From the NCBI RefSeq assembly GCF_009914755.1, contig NC_060937.1: a stretch of DNA of 64,000 bases. The stretch is one strand, 5' to 3'. The position numbers and the translations under genes were made by a program. Below are positions 13,366 through 26,180 of the stretch, piece by piece. The notes under the pieces were generated by a model. The model was not told the DNA's origin and made no database searches. It saw only the letters and a list, made by a program, of their open reading frames with translations. This stretch comes from the human T2T-CHM13v2.0 reference genome, Homo sapiens. Every line of letters begins with the position of its first letter. The first letter of the stretch is position 1.

Positions 13366-13782
13366 TGTATCTGTGTTTTTTTTACCTGAGGATTTAATAG
13401 TGAGGATATGGTTGCAGATCTTTCTGATGTTGCTTAAAGCAAAAGAAACCAACTCTGTTAGGTTTAAGCTAAAGAAACCTAACTGGGAAGGAATTATGGT
13501 AACTCATGGAACCTAAAATAATGCTGAATGGCAGGCCTGGGAAATTGCAAGAATCCAGGAAGCTCTGGGGACCTGATAAGCAGGAGTCTTGACGATGAGA
13601 ACAATCAAGGTAGCTCTTGGGCTCCCCTCTTTCTAGAACACTGTCAATGTCACTCTGCTCAGCTATGGCCAGGTGCTTAATAAGATCCCTGGAAGGCTGT
13701 TTCCAGACAATGCTGTAGGACCCTACCTAGAAGCCTTGTCAAGTGTGATGAAATGTACTTCTAGAGAACTCAGTTGACTCAC

Positions 13783-13800
13783 ATATCACTTTTATGTAAA
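13783..13800 (-). other. Candidate 18-nt microexon
   Basis: Minus strand: cttcaccttccctatctctactttag|TTTACATAAAAGTGATAT|gtgagt; strong pyrimidine tract, consensus donor, length divisible by 3. Confidence 0.4.
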
Positions 13801-14479
13801 CTAAAGTAGAGATAGGGAAGGTGAAGACCTTTGGTAAGAATGATCAGCAGTACTGTCACTGATAATATTAACTCACATCTGAGAACCGTCTGGGTTATAT
13901 TTATTTGGTGCTTGCTATATGTTAAGAATTTTGTTAGGCAATAGAAATGAATGTATCCCATTTTTGATTATGTATAATTGTTACTCTTTTAAAAAAATTG
14001 ATCTTGATTTCTTGCTAACTCAGTTCATTAGATATCTTCATACCATGTTTTCATGGTGGTTACAAATGATTTTACATGCAATTGACAGAGAATATCTCAC
14101 TTATGCTTTATACCCCACAGATCCAATGTATATAATTTTTATAAAAGACAAATATTAGTTGATATTTTGTGTTTGCTAGTAAATGGTAGAAAAATTTCAA
14201 GTGTCCTGACTAGGAAACTTTGAAATTCCTATTTACAAAAAAAAAGAAATTGCATGTGAATTACAAATAATTGTGTAATAAAGGAAGCCACTTAGTATGT
14301 TAATTCTCTAGTAAAAACATCTTACTAGTCAAGTCTAAGTTACTTATTCAAATATCTGTATGTTGTAAGCCTATATTGTAAAATATTTTATTAATTAAGG
14401 CTTTCCTGTACCTCATTTTAATGATATATAACAGAACAATATAAGAATGATTCAGTATATTTATATATGAAAATGATGA

Positions 14480-14700
14480 ATAGGAGTATAGCGTAATCAT
14501 TAAGATCATGGACTCTGTCACTTAAAAGCTGGATAACCAAAGGTAAATTATATAACTTTTGCAGCACTTACTTTAAGTGTATGAAAAATAGAGATATTAA
14601 TAGTTAATACTTCATAATTTTACATGATAATAAATGAGCTACACATCAAGTACTTGGCAAAGTAGCCAGCAAGTACATTTAGTCAATGTTCATATTATCA
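14480..14700 (+). mobile_element. MIR SINE
   Basis: 'tatagcgtaatcattaagatcatggactctg' 5' end and '...ataaatgagctacacatcaagtacttggc' 3' part. Confidence 0.65.
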
Positions 14701-14998
14701 TAAATATCAAGTGTACTGGAAAAGTGATCTACACAAAGAGATGATAAGTAGAAAGTCCGGAGCCTATGCATTCCCCTGGGTAACCTGTGATGAACTCACA
14801 GTTTAAAGAGCTAGATTAAACTGGTAATTCAAAAAATGTATGTAGACTTTACTATAGATGAGATTTTCCAAATGCATTTTCTGGCTTTTGAAGACGTTAG
14901 TTTCCAGTGTGAGTAGCATTCATGATGACAATTACAGCATCTTCAGAATAAGCTCCTGAAAAGGTAAAAACATATTTATTCTGTCTTTATTTACCTAG

Positions 14999-15111
14999 GG
15001 GCAGTTGTTTTCCAGAATTACCTCAAAGGAAAGCACAACAGTCAGACGTGAAATGGAAACAGAAAAATCTTCTGAAGCAGAATAGTAACGCTGTGAATTT
15101 AAAAGTAATGG
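14999..15111 (+). other. Candidate plus-strand (antisense) exon, 113 nt
   Basis: ttctgtctttatttacctag|GGGCAG...AATGG|gtaagc in non-repetitive sequence. Confidence 0.3.
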
Positions 15112-15464
15112 GTAAGCATGGCTAAAGATTAAATAGATGACTTTTTAAAGGATCAATTCGAGGGAAAAGAAAATAAAACTTGTACATAAGATAAGATGTT
15201 TTGATAAAAATGTATATGTTGGCATTTTTTATAGAAAAGACATAATGAGAAAGTAAAAAAGTAAAAATGTCATCACACATCAAAGAATCTCTGATACTCA
15301 AGGGATTCATTTAAATTCCCATTTAGATGTTCAGTTTAAAAATATCAACAACAGCAAAACAACAAACAGGTGGTAGTGGAAATTAAATGAAAATATCAAA
15401 ATATACTAAATTGAGGGAACTCATGTAATTATAAGATAGGCTTCAGGCCACTTATCAATTATAC

Positions 15465-15575
15465 ATTTAAACTACTGGAGGACAGGGATTGCAGCTGACA
15501 CATCTTTGTATCCCCCAAAGCACTGAGCAGAGTGACTTGCATGTAGCAGATATTCAGCAAATACTTGTAGAAAGA
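15465..15575 (+). mobile_element. L2 3' terminus
   Basis: 'ggaggacaggga...tttgtatccccca.agcactgagcagagtg...agatattcagcaaatacttgt'. Confidence 0.7.
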
Positions 15576-16879
15576 AGAATTCTTTATGGAATGCAAAGTA
15601 GGTATAAGACACCGTCCCTACATATGTAGAACTTGTAATTTTCAGGGACAGGAAAAACTAACAAACATCAATTAAGGAAACAACATTTATAAAATGCAAA
15701 ATGCAGAAAGTTTTAAATAATATCAACATAATAAATTCACATATTATGATTTTATAGAGTCAGTAGTCAAACAGAATTCAAAAGAAAGATTAATGTCATT
15801 CTGAGTTAGTATAGAAGACTGTGGGGAAGATAGACATTGATTTAGGCTTTGAAGAACGGAGAAATTATAGAAAGATGGAGTGCAAAAACATAGTGAGGTA
15901 AGTAAAAGGCTGCTTTAATAATATCAGTTTCACAGTAAATTGCAAAAACTGTTATTAATATTTATGGTATCAAACTAAACACAAAGGAAACAAAGGAACA
16001 GAAATGAATCAATGTAGAATATTCTGGTCTTACTTTATTGATTCCATATGAAGCTGCTATTTAAAGGCATCCTAATTTATTTCTGCATGATGGAATTAGT
16101 AGCTGTCACGCTGCTAGATCTATTAGAAGGAAGTATGTCTTTTGGTTCAGTTAATTCAATTCCACAAGTATTTATTAAGTACTTATCTGAGCAAAGCACT
16201 ATAGAATCATCCATGTACAAGCAATTAAAATTTAACTGGTTCAGAGGATATTTGCTACATCATTTCACTTTAAAAAGAGTTAACTGTTACCGTATCCCTT
16301 CTTGATCTTCTTATAGTAGTGCCTTGATTTAGAGGTTTGAGATTAGAGATTATGTCACCCAAGTTGGATATCTGAATTTTCATATTCAAGCTGGGTTTAG
16401 AGAAATGGCATTATTTTGAAAAATAGCTGTTCTTTTTAGTATGCTTTACTATTTATACTATACTTTAACATCTGTTAACTAATTTGATCCCTAGTCTCAT
16501 GCATTAAAGTCATCTGGACAGGTATTTTTATCTTTCTTATAAGGAAACTGAGTCTGAGAAAGTTAAATGATTTTCCAAGAGCTTTCTATGGGTTGATTGA
16601 TTAGAAACCATACCTTGAACACAAGAACTTTAGGAGAAAAATCAAATGTGTTTTCCACTGCAATGCTACAACAGAAGTAGCCATGTTGTTATGTTATCCA
16701 GGGGGAAAATTAGTTCAAAGAAGCATTTCCACTGTTTCTGAGTAGGCTGAGAAAATCTGATCGAGATGATAATCTCAGTAGTCCACAAGTGTCACGGGTC
16801 TATCTGCACAGAGATATATCTAGGTGAGTAGAACAAAGAGAAATTATATAATATTTTCAAAATATTTGATCAGTGTAGA

Positions 16880-17116
16880 TGAGAAATTCTCACTCAGGGA
16901 ATTTTTTCCCCTTCTCCAGGGGATAATTGGCAATGTCTGTAGACATTTTTGGCTGTCATGACCGGAGTGATAGTTGCTAATGGCACTTAATGCATAAAGG
17001 CCAGGAAAGCTGTTCAACACTCCAGTGTACAGGACAGCCTCCCCTCCGACTCCTACTCTGTACACAGAGACATATCTGGCCCGAATTATCAATACCCTGA
17101 GGTTGAAAAGACCCTG
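16880..17116 (+). mobile_element. MER20 (hAT-Charlie MITE)
   Basis: 'ttggcaatgtctgtagacatttttggctgtca...atctggcccgaattatcaat..ctgaggttgaaaagaccctg'. Confidence 0.85.
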
Positions 17117-17889
17117 CTGTAGTCAATCAAGGTAATTCAGGGAAAAGAAATTGAAATTTTATGAAATTATGTGAGTGTTTATGAGCTTCTGATGGTTACA
17201 TAATCTATATAATTATCTCAGTGTTTCTCTGAGGCTTAAATCATCTCAGATTTAGAGATGTGAGAGTTGCCAAATGTAGTTTTTTCATAATTTTTAAATA
17301 TATTGACACTTTGAGAAATAAACACTATAATTCTCTCACGTGATTTCTGCCCCCAGATTTCCATTATTATTATTTTTAAACAACAAATGTTGCAGGGTGC
17401 TGTTTCTAAGCCAGAGTGTGTAATGCATCCTTTTTCAGTTTAAAAAAGTAAATTCAGTAAAATGACTCCTGGTTAACAAAAGGTGAGTCAAGGGGTCTCA
17501 TGAAACAAAAAATAAATGTAACATTAAAATGTCCCTGCCAATTCATCACCCCTTGTTTGGATTTCTTGTTAAAATATCTCAGAGGCCAAGTTGGTTTGGT
17601 CAGGTCACTTTGGCCACAGTGCATGAATATGTCTAGTGAAATTGGTTAATTTGAAAATCATCAAGTGACCGATGTTGGTTCTTGTGAATTTGATAGTTAA
17701 GTGCAAATCTTGAGGACAAAAGAAAAACATGAGACGTAAAATGAAGGCAAAACCATTTCCTGAAAAATCCTGTTTATCATATAAAGGAATATGAATTTTA
17801 TCCACTAGGTGATAGAAGATACTGTTTGGGTTTAATCAGAGGTGTGTCTATTGTGATCAGCTCTACTTTATAAGTATATAAGTCAATTT

Positions 17890-18300
17890 GATGGTTATAT
17901 GGAGGGCGGATTTTACTTATCAAGGTAGAAGGGAAGGAGAACAATGAAAGGATTCTTGTTGCAGATTTAAAGATAATGTCTGAAGTTAGAGTAGTGGTTA
18001 TAGAGATAAAAATAGTAGAAAGTTTAAAAAATCAGAGGAATTTGACAAGATTTGATTATTAATTGCATTAAAAATTTGAGGAATTAAGGTGAGAGGAGTG
18101 AAGAACGACTTTATGATTTCTATTTGGGAACATCGTAGTGTAATAGTGCCTTGGGGGAAGAGTTCGCAGAAACCTGTCAATTCTTATCAAGGATTTCGGT
18201 TTGGAGGTTCCAAGTCTCAGACAGATGTTTAAGCTAGGTAGTGCTTCTGACTCAGATTCTCTGTTTAGAGAGATATTTTTGGAGATTTGGGCACAGAGGA
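17890..18300 (-). mobile_element. L2 fragment
   Basis: Antisense L2-type 'aggaatttgacaagatttgattattaattgcat...gagaggagtgaagaacgact'. Confidence 0.6.
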
Positions 18301-19159
18301 ATAACATACATAAGAATCAAGTGTTGAAGAAATACTTAGGTGGAAAGAAAAGCAAAATGATATTTAAAAAGCTGTTTGTTTTTGAGAAGTTCTATGCTCA
18401 TGGGCCTTGTCTGCTTTGTTGACTGCTCTGTGTCCCCAGCACCCAGAAGATACTACATCTGCGATAACATCAAAAAATATTTGTTGAACAAATGTATTAA
18501 ATGATTAAATAGTGTACAATAGACTTTTCCGATCAAAGGACACTGTAGGCACATTACATCAATTAACTTTTGCTCAATTCATTTATGTAAGCAACGAATG
18601 TCATTGACCAATACATTTTATAATAGTCTCTTCATCATGGCTGAATATATTGATCTGAAAATCTATAAACTGGAAAAACAAGTTATCTTACCCCCAAATT
18701 TCCATCACATAGTAGTGGGCCAGGAACATGACCGCAATCACCCCTATTCAAAAAGGGGAACATTGGGAATCACACAGCAGTCACTGATCCACAGCAACTC
18801 TGAAATCCCACTGGGCAGATCTTGGGAAGCTCTTTATTCTGGGTATGGGGAATGTTCTGTGTAGACTTCAGTTCTGGTCCTGGGAGGAGCTCCCAGGTTC
18901 ATTGTTCTCCAAGGCTTTAACTAAACCCTCTGTGTAGGCCTTCATGTTCATACATCTGAGTGAGGCATTGAAGACAGGGCCCTCCTTGGTGACTGAGATA
19001 CATTCTCAGCTTACCCTCTTGCCCTTATAAAGTTAGGAACCAGTAATTGTTTTACTTTAAAAGTCACAATCTTTTTTGGTATAGTTTTATAGCATTCTTT
19101 GCAATGAAACTTTCTCGAAAACATTTTTTTTTATAAATGCCATATCTGGTTAAAAGTAA

Positions 19160-19975
19160 TGAAGAGTACCAGAATTTGCTACCCCTAAATATGCCTCTTT
19201 GGCATACAGATTATTTTGAGCTAAAAAACAGAGGAAGGCTGGGCGCAGTGACTCACGCCTGTAATCCCAGCACTTTGGGAGGTCAAGGCGGGTGGATCAC
19301 TTGAAGTCAGGAGTTCGAGACCAGCCTGGCCAACATGGTGAAACCCTGACTCTACTAAAATACAAAAATTAGCTGGGCATGATGGCAGGCACCTGTAATC
19401 CCAGCTAACTAGGAGGCTGAGGCAGGAGAATAGCTTGAACCCGGGAGGCAGAGATTGCAGTGAGCTGAGTGCCCCACTGCACTTCAGCCTGGGCAACAGA
19501 GCAAGACTCCATCTCAAAAAAAAAAAAAAGAGGAAGCAGCAAGACAAAGGAAAAGCATGAAAATTAGGGCCTTCATTTTCCTTTTGTACAGGAAATTTTC
19601 ATTTGTAGAGGTATTTGTCTCTTGTGTCAGGAAGAGAATTCTTAACTCATCAATAGATAATGCACAGACTGAAATCTGCATAACAAACTGTATGCAGATT
19701 TTCACTCTTTTCCTGGTCACTTTCTCATAACTTGCCTCTCTCTTCCAGAAATCCCAAACTCTTTTGCTTTTGTTTTAGCCTAAGATGATACATAAACCCA
19801 AGTTCTAACCACCCCATTGGCTTTCTCCTCACTGGGTACCCCCGTGTGTACATGCACAATGTACGTGATAATAAACATGTTTGTTTTACTCTCATCAACC
19901 TGTTTTTGGCCAGTCTAATTTATAGGGACCCATCTGGAGAGCCTAAGATAGAGAATGTTTTTTCCTTTTCCTATA
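19160..19975 (+). mobile_element. Solo ERV1 LTR (MER34-like), split by an Alu
   Basis: 'ccagaatttgctacccctaaatatgcctctttggcat' start, AATAAA near 19870, 'tttccttttcctata' end, near-TSD gtaa/gtca. Confidence 0.75.
19237..19529 (+). mobile_element. AluS
   Basis: Full dimer, poly-A, TSD aaaaaa(c/a)agaggaa. Confidence 0.95.
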
Positions 19976-20304
19976 GTCAAAAAAAAAACAAGAAGAATCC
20001 ACATTTTATTGCCCACTTTACACATGTAGGAGTACAGAATGAACTATTAATACACAAATGGATTGACTGTGAGCATGGATCATACATATGCTAATTATTT
20101 GGTAATGCTTGGGATAGTAATATAGTATTTCTTGAAATATCTATATCCTTTTGGTGGCTTAATTCATCATAAAAATAAATAAATATATTTGATTCCACTC
20201 ACTATCATGTCCCAGTATACCTTTAGGCTTAGAGATATTTTGTGATTGTTAGAAATCTGTCCTTAGTCTCATTTTATTGAGCCATTTTACTTAAAAAAAA
20301 AAAC

Positions 20305-20690
20305 CTTTTTTTTTTACTATTTTATTTTTAATGGCCATACAATAATATTACATACTTATGGGACGTATAGTAATGTTTTGATATATGTAATGTATGGTGA
20401 TCAGATCAGGGTAATTAGCATATTCATCATCACAAACATTTATCACTTTTTTTGTTTTGGGAAGATTCAGTATCCTCTTTCTAGCTATTTGAAATTGTGT
20501 AATATATTATTTTTAACTAGTCATTTTACAGGGGCGTAGGACACTAGAACCTATCCCTCCTATCCAGTTCTAATTTTCTATCCTTTAGCAAATCTCTCCC
20601 TATTCCTCCCTTCCTCCTACCCTTCCTAGCCTCTAGTATTCTATATTCTACTCTTGACTTCTATGAGATCAACATTTTTTGGCTTCTACA
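20305..20690 (-). mobile_element. L1MA 3' end
   Basis: 'gatcagatcagggtaattagcatattcatca.c.caaacatttatca'. Confidence 0.85.
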
Positions 20691-21259
20691 AAAATTCTCT
20701 TACTAAAATAAGTTTTCTTTTAGAAATAAAATATTCTTATTCTATCTTGTTGAAAAAGATAAAACTTTACTGGAAGATATTTCAATTCATTCGGGAGTCT
20801 TCACAGAAGCTATGATAGTCTTGCCTTAGACTGGCCTTTCTCCTCAGCACACTATTCATCTGACAATCATTTATGGGCTGAAGATGCTTAAGTTGCATCT
20901 TTAAACCTTGAAGTGAAGAGATACTTGGGTTCTCTATCCCTTCTTGCAAACAGGCCAGTTCTTTCCTGAGCTCATCTCTTTTTCATGGTATTTGTTAGCC
21001 ACAGTAGATAACAACTCACATTTCTTAAATTTAATCTCAAAATCTCCTTGCCCAAAGCTACAGAATCATTAAGTATATTTTCTTCTGCCTGTGTTACTGT
21101 GGGTGACAGTTTTGCCAAATATTTTGCAAGACATTATTCGTCACCATTTTTCTAGCCTGACATGAGTTACCACGCCACCTGTCCCTTGGCTCTGAAGCCA
21201 TGTGACACATATTTTAGATTTTTGCTTTGTCAGTGCACATATTCTAGGTATCAGTTTCT

Positions 21260-21642
21260 ATATTTAGAAGCTGTTGCTGCAATGATGCTATGAACCCAGT
21301 ATTCCCCAAACCTCAATGATTTACCATAGTACATATTGATTTCTCATTCACTGTGAATTGGCTACAGTAAGTCTACTACAGCCTGTGGGTCAGGTTCTTG
21401 TTTGTATCACATGACATCTCAATCACCTAGAATGAAGAAGCAGATCTAATCTGGGAATGCTACTGTCATGCTGGAGGGAAGAGGGAAGGAGGCCTGGCAG
21501 AAACTTGCAGTGACCCTTAAAGACTCTACTTAGATTTGGTGCTGTCTCCCTTTCACCTGTATTTCATTGGCTAAATCTATCATCAGAAGGATGGAACTAT
21601 ATACTCCTCCTAAGGGAGGGTGGATATTGCTGAACTGTAACA
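21260..21642 (-). mobile_element. MLT1I/J-like MaLR LTR
   Basis: 'ttgctgcaatgatgctatgaac...ccccaaacctcaatgattta...ttcattggctaaa...atactcctcc'. Confidence 0.7.
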
Positions 21643-22880
21643 CAGTAGGACTTCAAAAATTTTATTGAAAATTAAAAGATAAAGAAAAAACAAACTTTAT
21701 TTCTCAACATAAGCTCCACCAAGGTCAAGACACTTTTGTGTGTGATGATACCAGTCACACAAAGAACTGAGGTTCCTAAGAATTTAACCATGTCAATGCA
21801 GTCTATTTTACATTAGTAACTAAAGAAAAATGGGTGCCCTTTGAAGATTTTTTTAAGGAACCAAATTAGGACTGTAAGATGGATGCCTAAGGACTTCCAT
21901 AGAAACTTGCACAAAATTGCCCTTGTTTAGTGAGAGGAATGAGCAGGAACATTGTTGTGATATAGGAGGAATCTCTGGTGAAGTTTTCTTGGGCAATTTT
22001 CTGCTGAAGCTTTGGCTAACTTTCTCAAAAATGCTCTCATAATAAGCAGATATTCTTTGGCCCTCCAGAAAGTCAACAAGCAAAATGTCTTGAGGATCCC
22101 AAAAGACTGTTGCCATGACATTTGCTCTTGACCAGTTACTTTTGCTTTGACTGGACCACTTCTACCTCTTGGTTCCCATTGCTTTGGTTGTGCTTTGTCT
22201 TCAGGATTATACTGGAAAAGCTGTTTCATCTCCTATTACAATTCTTAGAAGTGCTTCAGGGATCATGATACTACTTGTTTAAAATTTCCATTGACAGCTC
22301 TGCCCTTGATTGCAGCTGATCTCAACACAATGACTTGGTACCCATAGAGTAGAAAGGTTGCCCATTTTTAATTTTTTTAGTCTCAATGAGTAAACGGAAC
22401 CAATTGAGATGTCTATGGTGTTGGCTACTCTTTCTTCCATTAATCATCAGACCTCTTCAATAAGGGCATGAACAAGATTAATTTTTTCCTCAGAAATTTG
22501 ATGTGAAATGGTCTGCTGTTGTGGACTTCATCTTCAACACTATCTCATTCCTTCTTAAAATGAGTTATCCATTTGTAAACTGCTGATTTCTTTGGGGACA
22601 TTGTGCCCATAAACTTTCCATAAAACTCAATGATTTCACCATTCTGCCACTCAAACTTCACCATGAATTTAATGTTTGTTTTTGCTTTAAATTTAGCAGA
22701 ATTCGTATTGCTAATAGGGGCTCTTTTCAAACTGATGTCTTATCCTTTCTAGTGCCTCAGATAAGGTCCTGTTCAGACGTACTATAACAAGTGAGTATAA
22801 GTTTATTTTGCTGAAATTTTTTTAAAAATCCATGCAGTTTTTTTAGTATGCATTTCCCATGAATTTTTGAAGTCCTCTCA
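21643..22880 (-). mobile_element. HSMAR2 mariner transposon, near full length, transposase disrupted
   Basis: Terminal inverted repeats 'aggacttcaaaaatt'/'aatttttgaagtcct' with TA flank; transposase remnants NSAK..TNIKFMVK, KKSAVYKWIT, MATVFWD..ILLVDFLEGQR, PAHSS, YSPNLVP (YSPDLAP motif). Confidence 0.93.
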
Positions 22881-23065
22881 TATAACCCTCCATAAGCAGC
22901 TACTCTGTGTATGTTAAGACCTTTGTGTGATCTAGAGGAATCAATGTTTCCATGTGTTTATAAACATTTATGTTTAATAAAGCAATGACATTTGAAAATC
23001 AACACCAGAATTTTTTTCTGGGAATCTGTAGGATTATATTTCCAAAACCATAAAAAAGAATAATC

Positions 23066-23508
<443 letters not shown>

Positions 23509-24631
23509 TTAAACTCATAATTCAATTTATAATTTTATTTTCTGTCTTAATGCTTATTCTTAATTAAATTAATTACCTCTCAAAGAAGTTTTAGACAAGA
23601 CTATTTGTTTTAAATTATACATGTTCATAACTATACCATGCTTCTACAGAATGAAGAGCATAATTTGCAATAGATTTTAAGAAATAATACTTACACTAAA
23701 AAATATCAAATAAGTGTTCGGGTTAATTCTGGTGTGTAACCTAAGAGAAAAATAGAGTATTTAAGAATCAATTTAACATGAAGGATGACTTTGCCATTAA
23801 AAAATCAATCAAAAGTAAACTTTCAAAGTTCAAAAAAGAAACCCTTCCATATATAAAAATTAGAAATGGCTTTTGTCAGTAATTTTGGTTTAAAATTGTA
23901 TTAAAAGCATTAAAATTGTATTAAATGCATTAAAATAAATATGATTTAATGAATGAGAGAATAACACTATGTTGCCGTGGGGAAAATACCTTTGATATTA
24001 TCATGATAGAAATTTTAGATTAAAAAATTTAAGAGCAAGAAGAAAATGATTCAGTGTTGAAGTAGAAAAATATGGGAAGAAAGCAATGTATATTAATAAT
24101 AATATAATACCACTCACTAAAAATCACTTTCACAAAAGTAGAGCAAAAGACACGTGCTCGAACTGACCACAGTGTAAGGAATTCTCTTCTCCAACTCTCC
24201 TAAGTGTTCGAATATCGGCCAAGTTTCTAGCTGTGGACTTGAAAGCACAAACAAGAATGTATGCCAACTCCTCAGTTTTGGTTAATAGAGCATCCAAACA
24301 AGACATGCTTGATCTCTGCTCTAGTATAAGCGTAATGAGTTATTTCTTATAATGCTTTTTTCTTATTTTCTTGCATATGATTTCTGTGTTCAGCCTGATG
24401 CATCAATCTGCCTCCAAGAATGTTAGGAATATTAGGGAGTAAAATGCATAAAGGGAAAACAATATTCAGCTTCTGAAACCAAAAGTATGTTTTTTAAGTT
24501 CTCCATAAGGCAATAATCTTGAGAGCTAGTTTTTTCCCAGAGATAAACCATTTTCTAAATTTCTTCATCTACTTCTATAATATTATCAAAGGTCTGAATA
24601 TTTTAATAATAGAATTTTTAGGGAAGAATCT

Positions 24632-25640
24632 AGTAACAGCCCAAATCTTCCTGCCCCAGATCATTTTGATGAGGAGAGAAAGTGAAGATAGGGGCTGGTT
24701 AACCCTCTTCTGAGGGAGTCTGTCTTGATAGAGTTAAGGGACTTTCATGATATCTGATGTGGATGAGGGGAATATGTAGGATGCAGAGGGGATTTGATCT
24801 CATTTTCTTCTGGGACATTGAAGGAAGACTTCCCTGTACAGCCTGCAATACGGCTGCTTCAAGGTAAAAGAGGCAGTTTGTTCTGGGAAAGGGGAGCAGG
24901 AGACAAAGCTTTGCCCCATGAAGTCCACTTCAGCCTCCAGGTTCATAAAGGCATCTGCATGGGAGGTACCAAATGCAGCCCACTGTGTTGGCTGGGAAGC
25001 ATGTTAGGGGGATGAGAGGCCTCTCTATCTGGGTATAATGGCCTTGAAGCCAAGAGGTTTCCTACTGCTCACCAGGGCCAGGGACCACATGGGAGTTGCT
25101 GCTAAATTCCAGAGTTCCGTGGAGCCAGAACGAGCCAAAGCTGACCTAGTGTAGCAAAGAAATGTTGACTGCCCTTAGAGTACTGCATAAGCCAAAAGAA
25201 CTGATCATTGTTTCATTAGCCACAGACTGCAGAATTGAATGCTCTTAGAGCACCCAGGAAACCCACTGGCAAATGATATCGCTGTCCACAACCAGGGGAT
25301 AAGTAAAGAATATCAGAGAGGAGTTAAGCACTCCTCATCTAAACTCCCTTTGCCATATACTCCAATAACATCTTAGTGAAGTGTTGGGGAAGGAGAGGAA
25401 CTCTATAAAACATTAATCCGCCCCCTCCCCCCCAAAAAAGAATGCATTTCCTAGGGAGTTTGTATTATTAGATTGGGCTATTTTATTTTTTATTGATACC
25501 ATTCTGCATATATGTGCTTTTGTGAACTCATAGAATATGCTTTTGCGAGGGAAGTTCAGATCAATTGTGTACTAAATTTTTAAAAAACGTTGCATTATTC
25601 TAATAGATCTCAGTATGTGCGAGTAATTCATGACCCTACA
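24632..25640 (+). mobile_element. Ancient LTR, possibly MamGypLTR-like
   Basis: ~1-kb GC-elevated block ending 'ggaagttcagatcaatt...gagtaattcatgaccctaca'; family assignment from memory. Confidence 0.4.
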
Positions 25641-25839
25641 ATTTTAAACCATTCACTTTAGTCTAAGAGAAACTTAAGAAGTCAATCAAACTGAAGATAA
25701 AATAAGACATTCTCTCAAGGGCTTTCATGGGAGGCAGTATGGGAGGCCAGTAAAAATGTACCCCTGCTTTTCTGTGTGTGACTTCATAATTTGATTAGTC
25801 ATTACTGGTCCCAAAAAACTGATGACAGCTTAAAGCTTA

Positions 25840-26180
25840 ATTATAAATTGGAGGTCCAGGGCTGAATTTAGGCTGCAAATGTGTTCTGTTTTGGCTTTCA
25901 ATGTGTTAAAACCTTGAACCAACATTTATAAATACAAATGTTTCTAAAGAAATCCAGAACCCAAATTTCTGGATTTCTTTAGAAAGTCTGCAGAAATGGT
26001 AACTAATGACTAGAGCCAGGTAGAGCCTATCTGTCCCTTGTAAGCAAGAAAAAAATTCCTTTATTATCTGCAATCACAAGTACTATTTCTATTAATTTAT
26101 TTTTTTAACATCCAGCCCAGGTCATTCATTTTTATAACTGGTCTAACTTCTTTTTTAGTCTGTTGAAATTGCAAACCTTG
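25840..26180 (+). mobile_element. MER102-like hAT element
   Basis: 'gcaaatgtgttctgttttggc...ccaacattta.aaat...aaatccaga' matches recalled MER102. Confidence 0.6.

Larger units (their letters stand above)
18680..21259 (-). mobile_element. MaLR (MLT1I/J-like) internal region, interrupted
   Basis: 'gggaatcacacagcagtcactgatccacagcaactctgaaatcccactgggcag' and 'ttctaggtatcagtttc' directly abutting an MLT1 LTR. Confidence 0.55.
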
